NCBI GenBank assembly: GCA_049602735.1
Contig: JBMYRW010000007.1
Coordinates: forward strand, 4,370 to 68,369
DNA length: 64,000 nucleotides
Direction: 5' to 3'
From: Thermoplasmatota archaeon
GTDB lineage: Archaea; Thermoplasmatota; E2; JACPAO01; JAHFTW01
The position numbers and the translations under genes are program-made. Below the pieces are notes generated by a model that was not told the DNA's origin, did no database searches, and was given only the letters and a program-made list of their open reading frames with translations. Position 1 is the stretch's first letter; every line of letters begins with the position of its first letter. Positions 51,152 to 59,289 of the stretch are shown in pieces.

Positions 51152-52504
51152 CTAGGCGACCGGTAGCAGGGGTGCCTCGATGGTCAGGACGTCCATGCCG
51201 CGTTGGATGTCGCCGGTGAACAGGTAACCCTGGTAGTACCAGACGTCCCAGGTGATGCCGGGCCCGGCGGCGTCGAGGCCGATGGGGCGCCATTGGTCCA
51301 CGATGCGGGGGTTGGCCACGTCGTTGAAGTCCACGAGGATGACGCCCGCGCCGTAGAAGCTCATGGCGAGGTGGTTCGTCTGTTCGATGATGCGGCCGAA
51401 GTGGCTCGTGCAGGTGGCGTGGCTGTGGTAGGCGGCGACGCTCAGGCGGCTGACGTACTGGGGCGCGGTCTCGTCGGCGAGGTCGTAGAACCACAGGTTG
51501 CCGCTGGGCCCGCTCTGGGTCTCGCCGGTGACCGGGTTCTCTAGGTAGTAGTCGCAGGCGGGGGCACCGCCGCCTCCCGTCTCGTCGCCCACCACGAGCA
51601 CGGTGGCATCATGGTTGACCATGGCCAGGTGACTGATGGAGAGGGGCGTGGAGTCGGGCAGTCCGATCTCCGAGATCACCTTGGGGTCCAGGGCGTCGGT
51701 GATGTCCCAGACCTGGGTGACGCCGATGCCGGCGCAGTAGCCCCGGAACTTGCCTTCGGTGGCGTTCAGGTACCACATGATGTCGTGGCAGCCCGCACCG
51801 TTCTCCCAGTCGAGGGCCAGGATGGGCTGCTCGGGGTCGCTCAGGTCCCAGATGTCGGTCGCAACACCGCTGGAGGGGCTGTTGTAGAGGATCGGCGTGC
51901 CGGGCAAAACGGCGAGGTTGTGGCTCGTGTAGGCCATCTCGATCTCCACCAGGAGGGCCGGGGCGGTCGGGTCGGTGACGTCGGTGACGTAGACCGTGCC
52001 GCCGCCCGCCGTGGAGACCAGGATGAGGCGGCCGTCGGGGTAGGCGATCGTCTCAGCGTCGCGCATGGGGACATCCAGGCTGCCGACGACCTCCGGGTCG
52101 GCCGGGTCGCTGATGTCGACGACGTTGAGGGGGCCGCCCGTAGCACCCACGTAGGCATGGTGGCCGAAGACGGCGATGCCGGCACCGCCACCGCCGCCGC
52201 CACTGTCGGACTGGCCCACGAGGCCGGCCGCCAGACCGAGGCCGGGGACGTGGGTCAAGTGGGCGAGGGCACCCAGTTCATCGGGTAGGCCGCGGTGGGC
52301 GGGGGGCAGCCAGGCGTCCGGCAGCCCTTCGCCGTCGGCGCCGTAGGTGGCGTAGCCGAACTCGGGGTGACTGTCCCAGTACGGGAGGTCGAGGTCGTCC
52401 GCCGCGCGGGGCGCAGGGAGTTCATCGGCGTCGGCATCATCGTCGCCGATGCAGCCGGCCAGGCCGACCACGGTGAGGAGGCCGACGGCAAGAAGGAAGC
52501 GCAT
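51152..52504 (-). CDS. LVIVD-repeat beta-propeller lipoprotein, paralog 1
   Basis: MRFLLAVGLLTVVGLAGCIGDDDADADE lipobox and repeated [VI]-x-D-[IV]-[ST]-D-P-x-x-P motifs (VVDISDPADPEV, VTDVTDPTAPAL, IWDLSDPEQPIL, VWDITDALDPKV). Confidence 0.75.
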   Translation of the reverse strand: MRFLLAVGLLTVVGLAGCIGDDDADADELPAPRAADDLDLPYWDSHPEFGYATYGADGEGLPDAWLPPAHRGLPDELGALAHLTHVPGLGLAAGLVGQSDSGGGGGGAGIAVFGHHAYVGATGGPLNVVDISDPADPEVVGSLDVPMRDAETIAYPDGRLILVSTAGGGTVYVTDVTDPTAPALLVEIEMAYTSHNLAVLPGTPILYNSPSSGVATDIWDLSDPEQPILALDWENGAGCHDIMWYLNATEGKFRGYCAGIGVTQVWDITDALDPKVISEIGLPDSTPLSISHLAMVNHDATVLVVGDETGGGGAPACDYYLENPVTGETQSGPSGNLWFYDLADETAPQYVSRLSVAAYHSHATCTSHFGRIIEQTNHLAMSFYGAGVILVDFNDVANPRIVDQWRPIGLDAAGPGITWDVWYYQGYLFTGDIQRGMDVLTIEAPLLPVA

Positions 52505-52526
52505 GGGCGCCCAGGGGCGGCGTGGC

Positions 52527-52979
52527 TTAAGGAGCATCTGGCGCCGAGTGCAGCACCAGGGGCGCCGACGTGGCGGGGACGACCAGCACGGGCAGCGGGC
52601 TCTGGCGGACCACCGACTCGGCCACCGAGCCCAGCATGGCCCGCTTGAGCCCCGTGCGACCGTGCGTCCCGATGACGATGGCGCTGCAGCCGTTCTCTTC
52701 GGCCACCGTGATGAGGGCCTTGGCGGGGGGATCGGCGACCCGTTGGACCGTCGCCACCAGCACGCCGTGGGCTCGCGCCTCTTCGGCCCAGACGGTCAGC
52801 AGGCGAAGCCCTTCCTCGGCGGCCAGGTTGTCGCCGGCCTGGGGAGACGGCGCACCGCCGGGCACGATGTGGCAGAGGACCAGTTCGCGGCGTCGGCCGC
52901 CCGACCAGACGATCGCCTGGTCCAGGGCCTTGCGGGACGCGTCGCCGAAGTCGACCGCGACGAGGAGGGCGCCCCTCAT
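52527..52979 (-). CDS. Universal stress protein (UspA family)
   Basis: LVAVDFGDAS...IVIGTHGRTGLKRAMLGSVAESVVRQSPLPVLVV. Confidence 0.85.
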   Translation of the reverse strand: MRGALLVAVDFGDASRKALDQAIVWSGGRRRELVLCHIVPGGAPSPQAGDNLAAEEGLRLLTVWAEEARAHGVLVATVQRVADPPAKALITVAEENGCSAIVIGTHGRTGLKRAMLGSVAESVVRQSPLPVLVVPATSAPLVLHSAPDAP

Positions 52980-53446
52980 GCCTTCCGACCAGGGTCTGGT
53001 CGGGGCACGACAAGCACCGGCCGGTCGCTGCGGCGGACAACCTCTTCAGCGGTGGAGCCCAGGATCATGCGCTTGAAGCCCTTGTGGCCATGCGTACCGA
53101 CCACGATGACTGGGGCATCAAGGCGCCTCGCCGTATCAAGGAGCAGCCGGGCAGCCGGGGCATCCTCTACGATGGTCTCCACGTCGATACCTTCGGCGCG
53201 GGCCATGTCGGCCGCCTTGGTCAATACAACAAGTTCCTCCTGTTGTTGTATTCGTGCGACGCGGGAGTCGTCGCTCGCCGTCGGTGAACTGGCCAGCCCC
53301 TCGAAAGGAGGCGGCGGCGAGAAAGCATGGACCAAGGCCAGATCGGCGTCAAGGTCCTTGGCCAGGCGGACGGCCGCCGCGAACGCGATATCCCCCTGTG
53401 GACTTTCATCATGACCGACAACGATTCGAGGGCGGGCAGGTGTCAT
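52976..53446 (-). CDS. Universal stress protein (UspA family)
   Basis: IVVGHDESPQG...IVVGTHGHKGFKRMILGSTAEEVVRRSDRPVLVV. The start is at ATG 53446, so the track extension to 53818 is rejected. Confidence 0.85.
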   Translation of the reverse strand: MTPARPRIVVGHDESPQGDIAFAAAVRLAKDLDADLALVHAFSPPPPFEGLASSPTASDDSRVARIQQQEELVVLTKAADMARAEGIDVETIVEDAPAARLLLDTARRLDAPVIVVGTHGHKGFKRMILGSTAEEVVRRSDRPVLVVPRPDPGRKA

Positions 53447-53510
53447 GGGATTCCCTGCTAAGATGCCCCGTCCTGCTAGAAGGCATCTGCGCTGGTTCCC
53501 AGCTACGGTT

Positions 53511-54035
53511 CTACGTTTCCCGGGCGGCGAGGCGGCGCCGGACCAACGGCACCAGTCCACCCGCGTCGAGGATCTCGAACGCCTTGTCGGACAGGGGGAT
53601 GCCCTGCTGTTCGATGCCGGTCGACGCGTTCCGGATGAAGCCTTGCTGAAGGTCCACGGTGACGTAGTCGCCGTCCTGGGCGAAGTCGGCTTCCAGGCTC
53701 GGCACCTCCAGGACCGGTAGGCCGACGTTGAGGGCGTTGCGGTAGAAGATGCGGGCGAAGCTGCGGGCGACGACGACGGGGACGCCAGCACCCAGCATGG
53801 CCAGGGGGGCGTGTTCACGGCTGCTGCCGCATCCGAAGTTGTCGCCGGCCACGAGCACGTCGCCTCGGCGCACCTTCTTGGGGAACTCCTCGTCGTAGCC
53901 CTCCAGCACGTGCTTGCCCAGCCCTTCGGGATCGAGGATCGTGAGGTACTTGCCCGGCGTGATCATGTCCGTGTCGATGGAGTCGGGCAGGCTCCAGCAA
54001 CGCCCGCTGAAGCGGGTCTTGGCCATAGGGGTCAT
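53511..54035 (-). CDS. leuD: 3-isopropylmalate (or homoaconitate) dehydratase small subunit
   Basis: Aconitase swivel domain with [12 protein letters not shown]. It has a 4-nt overlap with the large subunit gene. Confidence 0.8.
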   Translation of the reverse strand: MTPMAKTRFSGRCWSLPDSIDTDMITPGKYLTILDPEGLGKHVLEGYDEEFPKKVRRGDVLVAGDNFGCGSSREHAPLAMLGAGVPVVVARSFARIFYRNALNVGLPVLEVPSLEADFAQDGDYVTVDLQQGFIRNASTGIEQQGIPLSDKAFEILDAGGLVPLVRRRLAARET

Positions 54036-55342
54036 GCGGCCACCCTCCCGGCATCGAGGTGCTCGCGGGGGTCCGTCAGCCGGCCTTCCAGTGCCGTCAC
54101 GGCCGCCGTGGCGGGGCTCACGAGGTAACTCTTGGACTCCGCGTGGCCCATGCGGCCGCGGTAGTTGCGGTTCGACGTGGAGACGCAGACCTCGTCCTTG
54201 GCCAGGACACCGCCCATGCCGCCGAAGCAGGCGCCGCAGCTGGCTGGGTTGAAGACGCCGCCCGCCTCTGTGATCGTGCTGATGATGCCGTCCTCGAGGC
54301 AGCGCTTGTAGATGCTCGTGGAGGCCGGGTAGACGATGAGCCGGGTGCCGCGCTTGACCTCGCCGCCCCGCAGGATGTCTGCCACTTCCTTCAGGTCCTC
54401 GTAGCGGGCGTTGGTGCAGCTGCCCACGAACACCTGGTCGACGTGGCCCACGTCCGGCGCCGCCTCGCGCACGGGCACCACGTTCTCCGGCGACGGCGGC
54501 AAGGCAACCATGGGCTCCAGGCCGTCGCAGTCCACGTCGTAGCGGGCCGCATAATGGGCCTCCGTGTCGGGGGCCAGGTCTGCGTGGCGTTCTACTTCGT
54601 CACCGCGGCCGTTGGCCAACGGGGAGGCGCGCAGGTAGTCGATGGTCGCCTGGTCGGGGGCCATCATGCCGGCTTTGGCGCCCATCTCCGTGCTCATGTT
54701 GGTGAGGGTGAACCGTTGGTACATGGGCATGGCGTCCAGGGCGTCGCCGCCGAACTCCACGGCCTGGTAGCGGGCGCCGTCGTCCCCCATGCGGCCGATG
54801 AGGCTGAGCACCACGTCCTTGCTGCTGACGGGGGCGGCGAGGCTGCCGTGCAGGTCGATACGGATGGAGGGCGGCACCCGCATCCAGAGGCTCCCCAGGG
54901 CGAAGACGGCGGCCATCTCCGTCGGGCCGATGCCGCACGCGAAGGCACCCAGGGCGCCGGCCATGTTGGTGTGGCTGTCGGTGCCCACCACCAGGTCGCC
55001 AGGAAGGCAGAACCCTTCCTCCGCGAGGATCTGGTGGCAGATCCCCTGACGCCCCACATCGTAGATATGGTGCAGGCCGAACCGCTCGCAGTACTCCCGG
55101 ATCGTCTTGTGCATGGCGGCGCTGGAGGCGCTGGAGGCCGGCACCCAATGGTCGATGGGGACCACGATGCGGTTGGGGTCCCAGACCTTGGTTGCACCCA
55201 TCTCCTCGAACGGTTTGACCAGTTGCGCCAAGGCCTCATGGGCCATGGCCGTGTCCACCTGGCAGTCCACGACCTCGCCGACGCTGACCTTCTCTTGGCC
55301 GCCCTTGAGGGCGAGCACCTTCTCCGCCAGGGTGGCCGACAC
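54032..55342 (-). CDS. leuC: 3-isopropylmalate (or homoaconitate) dehydratase large subunit
   Basis: Aconitase family motifs VGTDSHT, GSCTNARYEDL and SNRNYRGRMG. Confidence 0.8.
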   Translation of the reverse strand: MSATLAEKVLALKGGQEKVSVGEVVDCQVDTAMAHEALAQLVKPFEEMGATKVWDPNRIVVPIDHWVPASSASSAAMHKTIREYCERFGLHHIYDVGRQGICHQILAEEGFCLPGDLVVGTDSHTNMAGALGAFACGIGPTEMAAVFALGSLWMRVPPSIRIDLHGSLAAPVSSKDVVLSLIGRMGDDGARYQAVEFGGDALDAMPMYQRFTLTNMSTEMGAKAGMMAPDQATIDYLRASPLANGRGDEVERHADLAPDTEAHYAARYDVDCDGLEPMVALPPSPENVVPVREAAPDVGHVDQVFVGSCTNARYEDLKEVADILRGGEVKRGTRLIVYPASTSIYKRCLEDGIISTITEAGGVFNPASCGACFGGMGGVLAKDEVCVSTSNRNYRGRMGHAESKSYLVSPATAAVTALEGRLTDPREHLDAGRVAA

Positions 55343-55496
55343 GCGGGCCGCACAGTCGGGCGGCTATAGCGGATTTGGTTCCACGCCTTGTGCGCGATGT
55401 TCGCAGCTGTGCAGGCTCTCGCCTGCGTCGCCGTGGTCTCGGCGGGAAACCAGTTAAGTAGCCAACACGGGGCTCCACCGCCTTGAAGGTGGTATC

Positions 55497-56090
55497 ATGC
55501 AACGAACCATGCTCTTGTTCGCAACGCTTGCCCTCGTGACGGCAGCCCTGCCGGCCGCGGCCGACGACATCGACTCCGACCAGATCGCGGCCGACTGCCG
55601 CGACGTGACCGTCCACCTCGGCGGCGAAGACCACAGCCCGGAACTACCTGATCCCCTCGGCAGTACCGCTGCGACGGACGAAGCCCACGCGGCCGCCAAG
55701 GCGACCGCCTGCCCCCACGCGGGTGCCTCCTGTCATCAGGACTTCGGCCCCTTGGATGCGGGCGAGGACTTCACGTTCATCAACTGCTCCGTCGGCGGCG
55801 GCCACGAAGGCGAGACCGACTCCCGGTTCTGCGTGCCGTTCCGCCACGTCGACCTCCGCGACGCCTGCAACGACAACATGACGCCCATCGAGGAGGCCCA
55901 AGCGACCGGCCCCTGCGGTGAAGGCTACCCCCGCACCGACGCCGGTCAGGGCGTGCGCGTCCGCGTCTTCGCCGATGGCGCCGCCGTGCTGGTCACCAAC
56001 ACGGACTGTGGCCTGGACCACGTGCGTTGCCAGGTGGACACGGTCCCGGCCGGCTCCCTGCCCAGTGGGCCGTACTGCACTGGCATCTGA
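55497..56090 (+). CDS. Secreted acidic Cys-rich protein (10 Cys)
   Basis: Signal peptide MQRTMLLFATLALVTAALPAAA and an acidic mature part of about 175 aa with 10 Cys. It is convergent with LVIVD paralog 2. Confidence 0.6.
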   Translation: MQRTMLLFATLALVTAALPAAADDIDSDQIAADCRDVTVHLGGEDHSPELPDPLGSTAATDEAHAAAKATACPHAGASCHQDFGPLDAGEDFTFINCSVGGGHEGETDSRFCVPFRHVDLRDACNDNMTPIEEAQATGPCGEGYPRTDAGQGVRVRVFADGAAVLVTNTDCGLDHVRCQVDTVPAGSLPSGPYCTGI

Positions 56091-56106
56091 GCCAGCGCGT
56101 ACCGCG

Positions 56107-56143
56107 CCTCTTCTCCCTCATTCCCCCGCCCATCCTGTTCTCG
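56107..56143 (+). terminator. CT-rich tract after the 10-Cys protein gene
   Basis: cctcttctccctcattcccccgcccatcctgttctcg. Confidence 0.35.
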
Positions 56144-56213
56144 TCGCCCGCGCGCCTGTCGTTGACCCCGTCTTCGAGTGGCTACGCTGGCGGTCCTTCA
56201 CATCGACACCAGA

Positions 56214-56285
56214 ACAGAGGGAGGCATAAGGCAAGGGAAGGTGGAAAGAGGGAGGGGGGAGAGGAAAAGGGAAGTGGACGGAGAG
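56214..56285 (-). terminator. CT-rich tract (minus strand) after LVIVD paralog 2
   Basis: The plus strand is a long purine run agagggaggcataaggcaagggaaggtggaaagagggaggggggagaggaaaagggaagtggacggagag. It is therefore pyrimidine-rich in the sense of the converging minus-strand gene. Confidence 0.35.
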
Positions 56286-56290
56286 CCGCC

Positions 56291-57643
56291 CTAGGTCAGC
56301 TTGAACACGTCGAGGCCACGGGACAGGTCACCGGTGAAGATGTACCCTTGCCAGTACCAGGCGTCCCAGGTGTCCGTGCCTTCCTCGAAGCTGGCCGCGA
56401 AGAACGGCGCCGCGGGGTCGCTGAAGTCGACGATCTGGACGCCGCGGCCGTAGAAGGCCACAGCGACCTGGTCGCGGTCCTCGATGAGACGACCGAAGTG
56501 GGCGGTGCAGGTGGCCAGCACCTCTCCTTCGGTCAGGAGGGAGGAGGGGCTGATCCAGCCCACGAGCAGGGGGCTGGTCTCGTCGCTGATGTCGTAGAAC
56601 CAGAGGTTGCCCAGGGGGCCGCTGAGCCCCGCCGCGTTGACGTCGCAGCCCGGGGGCACAGCGCCGCCACCGGTCTCGTCACCGACGATCAGCACGGTGC
56701 CGTCGTGGTTGGTCATGGCCAGGTGGCTGAACAGCACCAGGGGGACGGAGCCGCTGGGAAGAGCGGGGACGCCGTGGTGGGCCGGCACGGTGGTGATGAC
56801 CGTGGGGTTGGCCGGGTCGGCGATGTCCCAGATCTGGCTGGCCTCGATGCCGGCGCAGTAGGCGCGGTAGCGCTCCGTCTCGGCGTCGATGAAGGTGGTG
56901 ATGTCGTGGCAGCCGTAGCCGTTGGCGAAGTCGTCCAGGCGGACCGGGTTCTCGGGGTCGGTCAGATCGAAGATCTCCGTGACGCCGGTGGCCAAGGCGG
57001 GGATGTGGCCTTCGCCGCCGAGGCCGCTGGTGCTACCGCCGCTGCTGCCGGCGTTGTACACGATGGGCGTACCGGGCACGACGACCGCGTTGTGGCTGCT
57101 GACTTCCAGGGAAGGCAGCTGGATCGGGTTGCGGGGGTCCGTGATGTCGAACGTGTGGATGGGGCCATTGGAGGCCATCACAGCGACCAGGCGACCATCG
57201 GGGTAGGCGATGACGTCGGCGTCGCGCACGCTGATGTCGAGGTCGGCGACCTTGACGGGGTTGAGCGGGTCGGCGATGTCGACGATGCTGCCAGGGCCGT
57301 TGCCACTCACGATGGCGTAGTGGCCAAAGACGGCGATGCCGGCACCGGCAGCGACACCTTCAGCGGAGCCGAGCAGCTCCAGGCCGGTGATGGTCTCAGG
57401 GACCTCGACCGGCTGCGGGGGCAGCCAGGTGGCCGGCAGGCGGTCGCCGGTGAAGCCCGTGTAGTCGGTCGCCGTGGGGAAACCGAAGGCGGGGTGACTG
57501 GCGGTCTGCCGGTCGATGTAGTCGATGGGCTGGAACAGGTCCACGGCCGGCAAAGCGTCGCCGTCCGTGGCGTCGGAGTCGCCGTCGAGGCAGCCCGCGA
57601 GGGCCATCATGGCGAGCGTCCCAGTGATGAGCAAGGTGCGCAT
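56291..57643 (-). CDS. LVIVD-repeat beta-propeller lipoprotein, paralog 2
   Basis: MRTLLITGTLAMMALAGCLDGDSDATDGD lipobox, LVIVD-type repeats (IVDIADPLNPV, TFDITDPRNPI, IFDLTDPENPV, IWDIADPANPT), and collinearity with 51152..52504. Confidence 0.75.
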   Translation of the reverse strand: MRTLLITGTLAMMALAGCLDGDSDATDGDALPAVDLFQPIDYIDRQTASHPAFGFPTATDYTGFTGDRLPATWLPPQPVEVPETITGLELLGSAEGVAAGAGIAVFGHYAIVSGNGPGSIVDIADPLNPVKVADLDISVRDADVIAYPDGRLVAVMASNGPIHTFDITDPRNPIQLPSLEVSSHNAVVVPGTPIVYNAGSSGGSTSGLGGEGHIPALATGVTEIFDLTDPENPVRLDDFANGYGCHDITTFIDAETERYRAYCAGIEASQIWDIADPANPTVITTVPAHHGVPALPSGSVPLVLFSHLAMTNHDGTVLIVGDETGGGAVPPGCDVNAAGLSGPLGNLWFYDISDETSPLLVGWISPSSLLTEGEVLATCTAHFGRLIEDRDQVAVAFYGRGVQIVDFSDPAAPFFAASFEEGTDTWDAWYWQGYIFTGDLSRGLDVFKLT

Positions 57644-57721
57644 GGGTCGCTCTCGACCTGAAGCCCTATTTGAGGTTTATCGTGCCTTCCAGTAGAGCGG
57701 CCGTTGCCGGTTCAAGGCTCC

Positions 57722-57771
57722 AAAAGGGTAGGGAAAGGACAGAGAAAGGAAGAGAGGGAAGGAAAAGGGGG
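57722..57771 (-). terminator. CT-rich tract (minus strand) after rpoN
   Basis: The plus strand reads aaaagggtagggaaaggacagagaaaggaagagagggaaggaaaaggggg, which is pyrimidine/T-rich on the sense strand of the ribosomal operon. Confidence 0.4.
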
Positions 57772-57799
57772 AGCCGCGCAGGCTACGCGGTCGCCTCGA

Positions 57800-57991
57800 T
57801 CACTCGTACGGCGCGGCGGTCTTGAGGACGTCCGCGTGGGCGATGATCATGCGGCGGCAGCAGAACCGGGACAGGCCAGTGGCGTCGAGCGCCTCCTTGC
57901 CGTCCTTGCCGGCAGCCAGTTCCGCCTGGAACACCTCGTAGGCCGAGCCCACGACGGTGCCACAGGTGAAGCAGCGCACAGGGATGATCAA
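57800..57991 (-). CDS. rpoN: DNA-directed RNA polymerase subunit N (Rpo10)
   Basis: (M)IIPVRCFTCGTVVGSAYEVF...LSRFCCRRMIIAHADV. The start is TTG 57991, with GGTGAT just upstream and 4 nt after the S9 stop. The longer track ORF is rejected. Confidence 0.85.
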   Translation of the reverse strand: MIIPVRCFTCGTVVGSAYEVFQAELAAGKDGKEALDATGLSRFCCRRMIIAHADVLKTAAPYE

Positions 57992-57995
57992 ACGA

Positions 57996-58400
57996 TCACC
58001 TGTACGACTTCTGGCGCTTGGCGCGAGCACCACGACCCAAGGGCTTCTTCGTCTCCTTGGTACGGGTGTCGTTGACCAGCAGGGTGCGGTCGTAGGCCAG
58101 GTACTGCGTCTTGAGCTCGTCGTCGCCGGTGTACTCGATGATACCACGGGCGATGGCGGTGCGCACAGCGTCCGCCTGACCCATGACACCGCCGCCTTCG
58201 ACGCTGACCTTGATGTCCAGCTTGTCGGCCTTCTTGCCGGCGATGAAGAGGGGTTCCTCCATCTTCAGGCGGGCCAGCTCGGGCTCGATGATGGCGAGGG
58301 GGACCTTGTTGACGCGGACCTTGCCGCTTCCCTTCATGACGGCGGCGCGGGCCACGGCCGTCTTGCGCTTGCCGCTCGTGTTGATGACTTTCTTGGGCAT
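57996..58400 (-). CDS. rps9: 30S ribosomal protein S9 (uS9)
   Basis: [11 protein letters not shown]...[18 protein letters not shown]...[24 protein letters not shown]. Confidence 0.95.
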   Translation of the reverse strand: MPKKVINTSGKRKTAVARAAVMKGSGKVRVNKVPLAIIEPELARLKMEEPLFIAGKKADKLDIKVSVEGGGVMGQADAVRTAIARGIIEYTGDDELKTQYLAYDRTLLVNDTRTKETKKPLGRGARAKRQKSYR

Positions 58401-58403
58401 GTC

Positions 58404-58835
58404 TTAGGCCTCCTTCATGCGCTCGGGGGCGCCGAGGTACGTTGCCAGCTGCCCGACGGTCAGGAACGCGCGGGCGTCGCGCTGGGCGGCTTCCAGGGTG
58501 ACGGCGGTCTCGCCGGCCAGCTCCTTGGGGACGCCGATGTGGGCCTTGACACGCTTGTAGGCGGCACGGCCACTGGACTTCTGGTAGGGGATCATGCCGC
58601 GCACGGTGCGCTTCACGATCAGGTGAGGTTCACGGGGGAAGTAGGGACCCTTACGCATGGTGCCCACTTCGCGCTTGAACTTGTAGCGCTCCTGGATGGC
58701 GGTCTTGGAAGCACCCACGATGATCGCCTTCTCGGCGTTCACGATGTGCACCTCTTCGCCCTCCAGGGCCTTCTTGGCGACGTGCGTGGCCATGCGGCCC
58801 AGCACCAATCCGCTTGCATCGATGACGGTCACCAT
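58404..58835 (-). CDS. rpl13: 50S ribosomal protein L13 (uL13)
   Basis: MVTVIDASGLVLGRMATHVAKKAL...VRGMIPYQ. ATG 58835 has GGTGAT upstream. Confidence 0.95.
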   Translation of the reverse strand: MVTVIDASGLVLGRMATHVAKKALEGEEVHIVNAEKAIIVGASKTAIQERYKFKREVGTMRKGPYFPREPHLIVKRTVRGMIPYQKSSGRAAYKRVKAHIGVPKELAGETAVTLEAAQRDARAFLTVGQLATYLGAPERMKEA

Positions 58836-58840
58836 CTCAA

Positions 58841-59209
58841 TCACCCGAGGATCCTGCACTTCTCACCCTTGGGGAAGGCGGCGACACCCTCCTGCATGGT
58901 GAGGACCTTGCCACCCGCCGCGGCGATCTTGGCCTTGGCGGAGGAGCTGGCGTTGTACGCGATGACCGTCACGGGCTTCGTGAGGTCGCCGGCGCCCAGC
59001 AACTTGCCGGGCACCACGGCGTTCTCGCCGTCGCGCAGGTAGGCTTCCAGCTTGCTGACGTTGACCTGTGCCCAGTTGCGAGACGGCTTCTCCAAGCGAA
59101 GCGCGATGTCTCGCCAGATGGGGGCTTCATTCTCGCGACCAGCGTTCTTGAGGTCGCCGATGAGGCCCACGAGCACAGGATTCGACTTCCGGTCGATTCC
59201 TTTTGCCAT
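58841..59209 (-). CDS. rpl18e: 50S ribosomal protein L18e (eL18)
   Basis: MAKGIDRKSNPVLVGLIGDLKNA...VVPGKLLGAGDLTKPVTV. AAGGAG lies upstream of ATG 59209. A TATA-like ttcatatacc (minus strand, 59273-59283) lies about 68 nt upstream. Confidence 0.9.
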   Translation of the reverse strand: MAKGIDRKSNPVLVGLIGDLKNAGRENEAPIWRDIALRLEKPSRNWAQVNVSKLEAYLRDGENAVVPGKLLGAGDLTKPVTVIAYNASSSAKAKIAAAGGKVLTMQEGVAAFPKGEKCRILG

Positions 59210-59289
59210 GGTTCTGACTCCTTCGACACCGGACAGCCAGTACGGCTGCCGATGCGGCGGCGAGAAGGGGGTGGTATATGAAGTGTGCC

